The notes beneath the pieces are model-generated. The model searched no databases and was not told the DNA's origin. It worked only from the letters and a program-made list of their open reading frames with translations. From the IMG/VR virus record IMGVR_UViG_3300050821_002544: a stretch of 14,985 bases of DNA; one strand, given 5' to 3'. A program made the translations under genes and the position numbers. Below are positions 1 through 8,117 of the stretch, one piece after another; the first letter of the stretch is position 1; the number at the start of each line of letters is the position of its first letter. The DNA is from a virus. Lineage: Duplodnaviria; Heunggongvirae; Uroviricota; Caudoviricetes.

Positions 1-646
1 TCCAGGCATAATAATGATCCGTAATCAGTTTACCAGACCATTTAGAACCCAGAGAATCACAATTATCGCCCAATAGTATTATAGATTTATTCTTATAATC
101 TTCATGACCATGAATAAGTGCTTCTAGGAAATCAAAATCTGGAGGATTGCCAAGAACCGGCGATACGAAAATAGCAACAGTTCTATCGGTAACTTTCTTT
201 GATACTTCGTTAAGATCAAAATTAAGCGTATCAAGTTCAATATCAGCAAATACTGGAACTAATCCATTTTGAACTAGAGGGGCAATTGTTGTGGGGAATC
301 CGACAGGAGATACTATGACTTCATCACCATCTTTCCAACCGAGTCTTTTCTTGACTGATGCGATCATTACCAGATTGGCAGATGATCCTGAGTTTACAAA
401 ATGAGCTTCTTTAACATTAAACTTAGTAGCGAAAGCATGTTGAAAACGTGCTGTGTATTCGCCATTAGAAAGCCATTTACCAGAAAGTAGCGCTTGCATA
501 GCAAGTTCTAATTCTTCATGATCCCAATAGGGACCAGAATAGAGTATTTGCTCTCCTGGTTTAAAATTACGATAATCAGGAATATAGCGAGGAATGTTTT
601 CGCCCGCCAGTTGTTGAATTAGTCTATCACGTTCAGTTTTTTCCAT
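1..646 (-). CDS. DegT/DnrJ/EryC1/StrS-family PLP/PMP enzyme, RfbH (CDP-4-keto-6-deoxyglucose 3-dehydrase)-like; 3' end runs off the window
   Basis: Not in the ORF track. Manual translation from ATG 646 (alternative ATG 649) is open to base 1: MEKTERDRLIQQLAGENIPRY...SGPYWDHEE...FVNSGSSANL...GDEVIVSPVGFPTTIAPLVQNGLVPVFADIE...PVLGNPPD...GDNCDSLGSKW...YYAW. NSGSSAN, GFPTT..P..QNGL.PVF.D and D.CDSLG are typical of RfbH/ColD-type members. Confidence 0.9.
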   Translation of the reverse strand, partial: MEKTERDRLIQQLAGENIPRYIPDYRNFKPGEQILYSGPYWDHEELELAMQALLSGKWLSNGEYTARFQHAFATKFNVKEAHFVNSGSSANLVMIASVKKRLGWKDGDEVIVSPVGFPTTIAPLVQNGLVPVFADIELDTLNFDLNEVSKKVTDRTVAIFVSPVLGNPPDFDFLEALIHGHEDYKNKSIILLGDNCDSLGSKWSGKLITDHYYAW

Positions 647-652
647 CATAAT

Positions 653-681
653 ATAATACTCTAGTTTTATTTAATAGTCAA
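653..681 (-). promoter_or_regulatory. sigma70-type promoter P1 (TTGACT-17 bp-TATTAT)
   Basis: Minus strand TTGACT (681-676), 17-nt spacer ATTAAATAAAACTAGAG, TATTAT (658-653), in the gap between two genes. Confidence 0.75.
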
Positions 682-1383
682 TCATTTCTTGCTTCTCGCA
701 AGAATCGCTTTCAAAAAATCTGTGTCTTCTAAGTCGTGTTGTGAATCAGCAATAGAGACTACCTGTAGTGCTGTAGTGAATCTATAATTATAAATGGGCA
801 TGCTTCCGCCGCGCTTCAGACGAATTCTGAGACGAATCATTGGTTTGAATTTAGGAACTCCAAGCTTGGCAGGATCTTTACCCATCATATAAAGACCCTT
901 TCCACCAATCTGTATATAATATGTTTTCTTGGATGCATAATAATCAGAAATTGCATCAGAATCTACTGATAGAAATTGATCCTTGAAACTCTTATAATCG
1001 TAATCTACATCACTCTTCTTATACTTAGCAGGTGGAACTGTGAACTTTCTAGGAGGACCGTACTTGCCCCATGCCTTATTTACTAGCTTAGGTACGCCGA
1101 TCATGGTCAGAAACTCTCTCATTGCCTCACCAGATGCCGTCTTAGCGCCTCCTAGCTGCCATGTTTCCTTATCTAGATCATAATCTAGAGAACCCTGTCC
1201 AAAATCTACTTTAAGGTCTAGCTTGACTTCTACCTTATAGTCCTCGCCGCCAAGAGTAAGCATGGCATCTGGAGCATTAGAATCGGCACCAGCACCCATA
1301 AAAGACTTTTTCTCTACACCATATTGTTTCAATAGCTTATTGAGATTATTCTCGTATAGAAAGCCTTTATTGTCTTCTGCCAT
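682..1383 (-). CDS. PD-(D/E)xK-fold nuclease-like protein
   Basis: GFLYE...APDAMLTLGGEDYKVEVK gives an E...PD-x12-ExK catalytic pattern. Start 1383 is preferred over 1389 because AGGA lies 7 nt upstream of it. Confidence 0.65.
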   Translation of the reverse strand: MAEDNKGFLYENNLNKLLKQYGVEKKSFMGAGADSNAPDAMLTLGGEDYKVEVKLDLKVDFGQGSLDYDLDKETWQLGGAKTASGEAMREFLTMIGVPKLVNKAWGKYGPPRKFTVPPAKYKKSDVDYDYKSFKDQFLSVDSDAISDYYASKKTYYIQIGGKGLYMMGKDPAKLGVPKFKPMIRLRIRLKRGGSMPIYNYRFTTALQVVSIADSQHDLEDTDFLKAILARSKK

Positions 1384-1406
1384 GGGCATATCCTGGTTCT
1401 AAAGTC

Positions 1407-1991
1407 TTATTTATGGGCGAAAATGTATACCTTCTTTAGAAACCTATTATATAACTTTTCATCGTACTTTGCAACTATTTTTCGATATCGATTGATTACC
1501 CACGACGCTGTAATATGTCTATTAGATGTATCTTGAATATAGTTTCTGAATACATGAGCTACTTCATATGCGTGTGCATCAATTTCATCATAATCGGTTA
1601 AATAGCTAAAAGCTATAGGATATCGTTTATCCATATATTTGGCTTTCTTATTAATGTTTTTATGTCGTCTTTTTCTATGTTGATAACCATGTCTGAATTC
1701 ATGTATTAATGCAATAAAGATTTCTTGATAGAAGTCCTTAGATACCTTATATGTCTTCTGATCGTATATAATAAGAATATTATACATTAGATCATCGTCA
1801 CCATCCCATCTACTACCCGAATAATGACCGGATACAGAAAAGAAGTCACCTTTCTTATTTCTGAATTTGACTGACATTGAATTAAATTCATTATTCAAAT
1901 GTCTACAAATTGATGGCATCGATAATCTTCTGTTACCTATCTTCCTGGCAACACGCTCCATCTTATTCTTGGCTAATGTGATATTACGCAT
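1407..1991 (-). CDS. Hypothetical protein with HExxH zincin (metallopeptidase-like) motif
   Basis: ALIHEFRHGYQ plus downstream YLTDYDEIDAHA (candidate third ligand Glu); TAATG overlap with the gp41 stop. Confidence 0.7.
   Translation of the reverse strand: MRNITLAKNKMERVARKIGNRRLSMPSICRHLNNEFNSMSVKFRNKKGDFFSVSGHYSGSRWDGDDDLMYNILIIYDQKTYKVSKDFYQEIFIALIHEFRHGYQHRKRRHKNINKKAKYMDKRYPIAFSYLTDYDEIDAHAYEVAHVFRNYIQDTSNRHITASWVINRYRKIVAKYDEKLYNRFLKKVYIFAHK
1408..1415 (-). promoter_or_regulatory. T4-like late promoter motif CATAAATA
   Basis: Minus-strand CATAAATA (7/8 match to T4 TATAAATA) overlaps the stop of the upstream gene, ~25 nt before the nuclease start. Confidence 0.55.
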
Positions 1992-3394
1992 TAATCAAAC
2001 TGAATGCCAGCTTTCTTCAACTTATCCATGTTTTGACCAACAGACTTATACACATTCTCTGGCGTCTTAGAATCATCCGAAATTAGATTCTGTTCTGATT
2101 CATCAATATCATATAGACGCATTCTTGTTCTATCAATTCCTAATAGGAATCTTTTATTTTTTGTAACATCATTATCACGATTCTTTAACTGTTTGACCAT
2201 AACCTTATTCATCTTTTCTAATTCATCATTATTAATGAATGCCCATAGATTGTCTACCGTAGCAGGCAATCCGAAAGACTCGGATGTATCTGTCATATCA
2301 GGATCACTATTCGTAGAACCGCTTCTAGTCGTCTGTGTGGCGCTTACGATAGGTACGTTGTACTCTACTGCCAGCCCACGTAGTTCCTCTGCAATAGCTT
2401 TTACGTAGGTGTAGGAATTGACTGTGGAACCCATCTTGAGACGAGAAGAACAACATATATTAAGATAATCTACACATATTAGAGCTGGTTTGAACTGTTT
2501 CTTAAGTTTTAATTCGTTCAACAAATTACGAAAATGCGTCACAGATGCTGCGGCAGTAGGATATTCTTTAACAATCAGCTTACCTTTAACTTTGGTCTTT
2601 AAAGCAGCAATACGTCTATCATAATTTTCTTTTGGAAGCGCTTTAATTGTATCTAACGGTAGATCAAGAAGATTTGCATCAATACGAGATGCAATACGTT
2701 CTTGTGCCATTTCCATTGTGATATAAAGAACGTTATAACCAGAAGCTAATGCTGCTGCTGCAATATGACACATAGAAAGAGATTTGCCGACATTAGGACC
2801 AGCAAGTATTACAGATAATGTCTTAGGAGCAAGTCCACCACCTGTAATTCGATTCATGTATTCTAGATCGAATGGTATTAGTACTTCTTTACGATGATAA
2901 AACTCAAAACGAGTATCTGCATCTTCTAAGTAATCATGTCCTACATTCGGATCAAACGATACGCCCAATGCTTCGGCAAGAATATGAGGAATAGCACCTT
3001 TTGTCTTAGTCTGTTTTTTTGATTCCTTATCATCTAGAATAATGATCGATTCTTTGATGGCATTATAGATTGCTTTTTCCTGACACCACTTTTCTGTTAT
3101 TTCAAGAAGCCATAATTCGTCAGAATCTTCCTTGTCCTTTGTAATCGCATCTATTAAAATCTGAGCATCTTTGAAGTCTTCTTCAAAAACACCATCTTTA
3201 CTCTCCAGTGATATCTTGATCGATTCCACCGTTGGCAGGTGGTTGTACTTTATGATGTGATCCGTCACTTCTTGATGTACCAGTTTTTCGCTTCTGTCTT
3301 GAAAGTACTCGTTTTTTAGATATGGAACCACTTTTCGTGCGAACGGTTCGTTGCGGAAAAGGTTCTTCAAAATAGTCTGTTCTATCGTCTTCAT
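1991..3394 (-). CDS. 41: Replicative DnaB-like helicase, T4 gp41 homologue
   Basis: N-terminus TIEQTILKNLFRNEPFARKVVPYLK, Walker A AGPNVGKS, ITMEMA, VDYLNIC, SATQTTRSG, TSESFGLPATVD, KQLKNR; lies downstream of uvsX. Confidence 0.97.
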   Translation of the reverse strand: MKTIEQTILKNLFRNEPFARKVVPYLKNEYFQDRSEKLVHQEVTDHIIKYNHLPTVESIKISLESKDGVFEEDFKDAQILIDAITKDKEDSDELWLLEITEKWCQEKAIYNAIKESIIILDDKESKKQTKTKGAIPHILAEALGVSFDPNVGHDYLEDADTRFEFYHRKEVLIPFDLEYMNRITGGGLAPKTLSVILAGPNVGKSLSMCHIAAAALASGYNVLYITMEMAQERIASRIDANLLDLPLDTIKALPKENYDRRIAALKTKVKGKLIVKEYPTAAASVTHFRNLLNELKLKKQFKPALICVDYLNICCSSRLKMGSTVNSYTYVKAIAEELRGLAVEYNVPIVSATQTTRSGSTNSDPDMTDTSESFGLPATVDNLWAFINNDELEKMNKVMVKQLKNRDNDVTKNKRFLLGIDRTRMRLYDIDESEQNLISDDSKTPENVYKSVGQNMDKLKKAGIQFD

Positions 3395-3725
3395 CTGTTA
3401 AAATCTCTTTGCGTGTTTCTGTATAATTCTTAATAGCAGTATCATATTCTTGCTTAAATATTTGTTCGGCTATTATACACCAATCTGAATCTGTTGTAAA
3501 GTCTCGATTGCCTATATCAAAATTATAATAAACAGTTCTAATAGCAAGACGATAAGGATCACCAGCATCAGGTATAAAACCTATTTGTGCACCCTTAAAT
3601 GGACCTTTGATTATATTAATGGTAAATATTGCTTCTGGTGGACTAAAACTATCAAGAATGTAATGTACATCCCTAATATAACGTTTTATACCAAAAAGTT
3701 TATGCCACAGTTTCTTGAACAACAT
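3198..3725 (-). CDS. Hypothetical protein in the T4 gp40 position; 3' 197 nt overlap gp41 in another frame
   Basis: 175-aa ORF filling the gap between uvsX and 41. The gp40 analogy is positional only. Confidence 0.65.
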   Translation of the reverse strand: MLFKKLWHKLFGIKRYIRDVHYILDSFSPPEAIFTINIIKGPFKGAQIGFIPDAGDPYRLAIRTVYYNFDIGNRDFTTDSDWCIIAEQIFKQEYDTAIKNYTETRKEILTDEDDRTDYFEEPFPQRTVRTKSGSISKKRVLSRQKRKTGTSRSDGSHHKVQPPANGGIDQDITGE

Positions 3726-4767
3726 TTTGTGCAGACCCGTATTTAAAATCTTTTTGAAATTGTGATTCTAATGCCGTCATTACTTCGGCAGTAAAATACT
3801 TTTCAGGATTCTTGTAGACACCATTCTCGAATGCCTCTTCTGTTGTGAATCCTGTAACCTGAGTTCCCAACTTGTACTTGCTTCCGTCCTTATCAATAAG
3901 ATTTGCTGCCTTGGCAATCTCAAGTAATCCATAATACTTATTGAGTCCTGTCATAAAGTCTAGCAAAGTATCTACTTCACGATTCTCTACTGTAAGACGT
4001 GCCTTTACATTCTTCATAGTAATAATGGCACCAGTAATCTCTTTAGTGGTTTTATCGCGCTTCTTTGATTTGCTCAAGAACAATACGGTAGACGCGGCGT
4101 ATGGAAGACCATCACCGCCGCCCATTGTCTTTGTAGGAATATAGGCACCGATTACATTGTAAAGGTGATTAGTAACCAATAGAGGAATACCAGCACGACC
4201 TAGTTTCAATGTGAGTACACGGAATGCACCTTTGACCAATCCTGGTTTTGTCATATCTCTCTTATCAGAGGAAGTAGCAATATCAGATACTTCCTTATTA
4301 GTAGATAACATACCTAGAGAATCTAATGCCATGAAAATAGGCTTGCGCTTTTCTTTTGCTTCTTCTAGATATGCATCGACAATACGTGCACATTGAGAAC
4401 GAAATTCTTCTACAGTGGCAACAGGCATTAAGAAGAAACGTGATGTATCAATACCACGCTCTGTTAGCATATCTGTTGTTACGGCAGATTCTGATTCCCA
4501 ATAGAATGCAGCGCCTTCTGGATTCTCATTCAAGAACTTCTTAATGATATGAAGTGCATAGAATGTCTTACCAGTAGAAGGTTCTCCAGCAAGTGCCGTT
4601 ACCTTATTTCCTGGTAATCCACCATACATCGAACCAGAAAGTATACCGTTCATTGTATATGAACCGGTATCGATATATGTCATAATATCAGCATCATTAC
4701 CATCTTCTACAGCAGATGCATATTTACTATCTGCTACTTTCAACAACTTATTAAAGAATGTGGACAT
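3700..4767 (-). CDS. uvsX: UvsX RecA-like recombinase
   Basis: IDTGSY, Walker A GEPSTGKT, LDSLGML, MGGGDGLPYAAS, K-ARLT. Start moved to ATG 4767, preceded by SD GAGGG. Confidence 0.96.
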   Translation of the reverse strand: MSTFFNKLLKVADSKYASAVEDGNDADIMTYIDTGSYTMNGILSGSMYGGLPGNKVTALAGEPSTGKTFYALHIIKKFLNENPEGAAFYWESESAVTTDMLTERGIDTSRFFLMPVATVEEFRSQCARIVDAYLEEAKEKRKPIFMALDSLGMLSTNKEVSDIATSSDKRDMTKPGLVKGAFRVLTLKLGRAGIPLLVTNHLYNVIGAYIPTKTMGGGDGLPYAASTVLFLSKSKKRDKTTKEITGAIITMKNVKARLTVENREVDTLLDFMTGLNKYYGLLEIAKAANLIDKDGSKYKLGTQVTGFTTEEAFENGVYKNPEKYFTAEVMTALESQFQKDFKYGSAQNVVQETVA

Positions 4768-4768
4768 A

Positions 4769-5032
4769 TTAAACCCTCTTTGGTGCGCCGTGGTTTTCCA
4801 TACAACGAACCGCAATACCTGCAATCTTACGGATTTGTTCTAATGCACCCAATTCTGGTCGCATTTCTTTTGACCAAGCAAGACGCGCCTTTGTCACATA
4901 TTCTTCAATCAAGAGAATATCTTTTCCAATAGAAAGTGGACGAGGATCAGTTGGTGCATTTTCTGACCATACTCTATCTTGATATTCACGTTCACTATCA
5001 ATTGCTGCATACACCGTATTTCTATTAAACAT
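4769..5032 (-). CDS. Small helical protein, degenerate MazG/NTP-pyrophosphohydrolase-like
   Basis: Start ATG 5032 with SD AGGAG. IDSEREYQDRVW...IEEYV...KIAGIAVRCME resembles the ERxxQDxxW...EE...QVAAVAVAxxE pattern of all-alpha NTP-PPases. Confidence 0.45.
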   Translation of the reverse strand: MFNRNTVYAAIDSEREYQDRVWSENAPTDPRPLSIGKDILLIEEYVTKARLAWSKEMRPELGALEQIRKIAGIAVRCMENHGAPKRV

Positions 5033-5042
5033 TATAAATCTC

Positions 5043-7637
5043 CTATGACCAAAAAGCATCCAAACTACCTACTTCTTCTAATTTCCATTTTACAGCATCT
5101 AGAATAGTAGTAATCGGATCAACAAATACCTTATCAAATTGTGTATCGTAATCAATATATTCTGCTAACTCAAATTCTTTAGGAAGAATACCGGGGAATG
5201 AAATCACATTACTTTGTAATGGATTTGGTTCCTTTAGATACACATACTTGAGTTTCTCACCTTCCTTAATTGCAGGATAACCCTTAAGATTTGTTTCCTT
5301 AAGAAAGTGATTATATACCAGTGCGCCCCTCACATGAAACGGTGTCTTAAATCCCCAAATAGTCTTTGCATCGGCATATTTAATGAGTCCATTACAGCCT
5401 CTAGGAAGGGCGATTTCTTCTACCGAGAACTGCTTAAACTCTTTTCTATATGCCTCTACATAGTCACGTACTGCGTTTATATCACGCTCTATAATGATCT
5501 TGTATGCTTCCTTGAGTTTGGTTCTTGCAGTCGTAGAAAGACTACCTGCCTTGACTGCCTCCAATCCTGTTATCTTGAGTAATCCATTAGGATATTCTAC
5601 ACCTTCTAGATCATAGACATTTAGCATATAATGCTTCTTGCCTGTCCAGATTCCTACATCGGCAATTGCTTCTCTCTTCATCGACATCTTAGATGCATAA
5701 CTATTAACGTAATCGTCTAGTTCTGCAAATGTCTTCTTAATGAAAGGCTGTATATCACGTTCTATAATAATATTAAGTAAACGTGTTGCTTCTATTTTGG
5801 ATAGGGACTTATGATTAGGATGCATCTTATCAAGAAGAATCTCAAGATTCAAATACATAGAATCCGTATCTGATGCAATAATATAATCATAACCATCAGT
5901 ACCACATTGTCTATTCAATTCTATGTTCATGGCAGTCTGAATCCAACGAATAGCAAGTTGACCGGATGTAGTGACTGCTTCTGCAATTCTCACATCAAAG
6001 AATCGGAAATACTGATTTCCGATAGCGCCATATGCTGAATTAAGGGTAACTTTCTTTGCTGCCTGAAAGTTATTTGCCATTGATACTTCATTTTGAAGTG
6101 TTGTAATTTCATCACCAATTGCAGTTGCTAATTTCTTCTTAGCACGGATCATCTGATCTTTAAATTTCTTACGATCAGCATACATCGATTCCATGAGTTC
6201 TGCAAGGAAGCCTTGTTTATCACGTTTGAACAATTGACCATTTGGTGTAACTGTCACATTATATTTCTTAAGCATTAACAGATCATGTTTCTGCTCTAAG
6301 AGCGAATCAATACTAAAACTCTGACTCTTGAACCAATCATAGAATTCGCCAGGCATCTTAGATGGATCTATAATAGTCTCAGGACCGAGATTATACATCA
6401 TAATCAAATGAGGATATAGTCCGTCCAAGTCTACAGATACTACCCACTTATAACGATCAGGAACCGGATCTTTTACATATGCACCCACATACTGTTCAGA
6501 CTTCACAGTCTCTTTCTTTGGTGGAACAATGATATTCTTAAGACGAAGATGATTGTATGTGATAGCATCCCACATACGAACCTGAGAAAATACGTCCGAA
6601 AAATTCACCTTATTGGCATAGGCAAGTGCCATTACCAATTGAAGAAGTTTAAGTTTTTCATTGATCTTAAGAACAAGAGTAACGTCCTTAATATTATAAT
6701 CCATGAATTTCTGAAAATTACGCTTATAGAGTGTGTATAGATCACCATATTCTGTGTAATCTAATTTCTTTTCACCAAGTTCTACGAATGCAATATGATC
6801 TAATCTATAGGCTTCTTGATTCGCATTAGGATTTAGTCCTGGCTTCTTATAAAGATCAAGATAGTCAATAATGGAGATTCCCATCATTTCATAAACTTGA
6901 ACCTTTTCATCACCACCAAACTTTCCATCAAATACTTCTCTTTCACTAACTTTGCGCCATGGAGAAAGACGAGGAATTTCATCTTCCATAAAGAGACGAT
7001 TCATACGATTAATAATATATGGAAAATCAAACTTCTGGATATTCCAACCGGTTACAATATCCGGATAATGATCTTCCCATATAGATAAGAATGCTTCAAT
7101 TATATCCTTTTCTTCATCACACTTGTAATAGCTTACGTCATCCCTCTTGTTATCATAATCACCGCAACCAAACACGAAATAGTGTCCGTTAATGGTATCT
7201 TTATGGAATTTATTACTAATATGGAGAGTAATCGCTGTGATAGGTGAGAATGCCTGAGAAGGTTCAGGAAAGCCGTTATCAGATGCAACCTCGATATCAA
7301 TTGTACCAATAACAACATCTGTCGGTTCCCATTTAAACGGCTTACCATAGAACTCTGAGATATAAGCATACTGAAAATATGTCTGTCCATATATCTTGAA
7401 GTTATCTATTTCACGATATTTCTTAAGAAATTCTCTCGCATCATAGATGCCATCAAATTTAAGTGCCTCTAATGCCCGTCCATCCAATGAATGAAACTTA
7501 CCAGAAGCAAGAGTCTTCTTACGATTCTCAGGAATATAGAGCGTAGGTTTATATGGGTTGCGATGATTATATCTCTTCCCATTTTCTACACCACGGACTA
7601 GAATATGATTTCCTAGATTAAGGACGTTTGTATACAT
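5043..7637 (-). CDS. 43: Family B DNA polymerase, T4 gp43 homologue (unsplit, no intein seen)
   Basis: ExoI DIEV, ExoII GWNIQKFDFPY, ExoIII YNIKDV, motif A DLDGLYP, motif B KVTLNSAYG, motif C SDTDS, KKHY, C-terminal clamp-binding-like SLDAFW. Confidence 0.98.
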   Translation of the reverse strand: MYTNVLNLGNHILVRGVENGKRYNHRNPYKPTLYIPENRKKTLASGKFHSLDGRALEALKFDGIYDAREFLKKYREIDNFKIYGQTYFQYAYISEFYGKPFKWEPTDVVIGTIDIEVASDNGFPEPSQAFSPITAITLHISNKFHKDTINGHYFVFGCGDYDNKRDDVSYYKCDEEKDIIEAFLSIWEDHYPDIVTGWNIQKFDFPYIINRMNRLFMEDEIPRLSPWRKVSEREVFDGKFGGDEKVQVYEMMGISIIDYLDLYKKPGLNPNANQEAYRLDHIAFVELGEKKLDYTEYGDLYTLYKRNFQKFMDYNIKDVTLVLKINEKLKLLQLVMALAYANKVNFSDVFSQVRMWDAITYNHLRLKNIIVPPKKETVKSEQYVGAYVKDPVPDRYKWVVSVDLDGLYPHLIMMYNLGPETIIDPSKMPGEFYDWFKSQSFSIDSLLEQKHDLLMLKKYNVTVTPNGQLFKRDKQGFLAELMESMYADRKKFKDQMIRAKKKLATAIGDEITTLQNEVSMANNFQAAKKVTLNSAYGAIGNQYFRFFDVRIAEAVTTSGQLAIRWIQTAMNIELNRQCGTDGYDYIIASDTDSMYLNLEILLDKMHPNHKSLSKIEATRLLNIIIERDIQPFIKKTFAELDDYVNSYASKMSMKREAIADVGIWTGKKHYMLNVYDLEGVEYPNGLLKITGLEAVKAGSLSTTARTKLKEAYKIIIERDINAVRDYVEAYRKEFKQFSVEEIALPRGCNGLIKYADAKTIWGFKTPFHVRGALVYNHFLKETNLKGYPAIKEGEKLKYVYLKEPNPLQSNVISFPGILPKEFELAEYIDYDTQFDKVFVDPITTILDAVKWKLEEVGSLDAFWS

Positions 7638-7840
7638 TATCTCTTCTTGTGTATTCTCTTCTTTGGCGGAACAATAGATGCCACCAATTGCTTTTCTACA
7701 ACAGCAACACCATTCTTAAAGAATATTCCATTTGCCATCGTCCAAGTATCTTTCTCTGTCTTAAGATACCAACCACCATATTCTATTACTTTGATTTTAT
7801 AGGTGGTGAAGAATTCTTTCAGATCAAGTAGTTGATGCAC
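7637..7840 (-). CDS. Hypothetical protein (67 aa, basic C-terminus)
   Basis: Tiles between neighbours; GTG start; TAATG coupling to gp43. Confidence 0.65.
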   Translation of the reverse strand: MHQLLDLKEFFTTYKIKVIEYGGWYLKTEKDTWTMANGIFFKNGVAVVEKQLVASIVPPKKRIHKKR

Positions 7841-8117
7841 TTTCTACAGACTCAACAGTAGTGTCGGCTGACTCGTTAGTCTTCTTAGTCAACATTTCCT
7901 GATGCCACTTCTTGTGGTGCTTATGTGCATGTAAGAACAACTCACGCAGCATATTTTCATAATCCTTCTGAATTACTACTCGGCTTTTTTTGTTACCTTC
8001 TTTATCGTAGAATTCTTCTGTTATTTTCTTTTCGTAACCAGCCACTGGATTACTCAAATCAATAATTCTCTTAATCTCACGAGGAAGTGAACTATTGAAT
8101 GTTGATCTATTTGCCAT
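7824..8117 (-). CDS. Hypothetical protein (97 aa)
   Basis: Tiles the operon; TAATG coupling with the upstream gene. Confidence 0.75.
   Translation of the reverse strand: MANRSTFNSSLPREIKRIIDLSNPVAGYEKKITEEFYDKEGNKKSRVVIQKDYENMLRELFLHAHKHHKKWHQEMLTKKTNESADTTVESVESASTT

Noticed and set aside
3740-3747. TTTAAATA upstream of the gp40-position gene as a late promoter
   Set aside because: Imperfect match within uvsX coding sequence; such AT-rich matches are expected by chance (ATTAAATA also occurs inside cd).
4768-4824. Longer uvsX start at 4824 (likewise 5059, 1389, 11316, 14959 for other genes)
   Set aside because: Better SD spacing or coupling supports 4767, 5032, 1383 and 11313; regA continues past the window edge.
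5031-5036. TATAAT just before the MazG-like start
   Set aside because: No -35 at 17 bp, and it lies between the SD and the ATG, so it is probably only an AT-rich spacer.
7133-7390. Nested minus-strand ORFs 7133-7390, 8137-8382 and 11786-12010
   Set aside because: Alternative frames wholly inside gp43, the GT-like gene and the phosphoesterase; no SD or motif support.
7640-7663. AAGAAGAGA direct repeat before the gp43 start, considered as an autogenous operator
   Set aside because: Explained by the encoded KKRIHKKR; no hairpin like the T4 gene 43 operator is visible.
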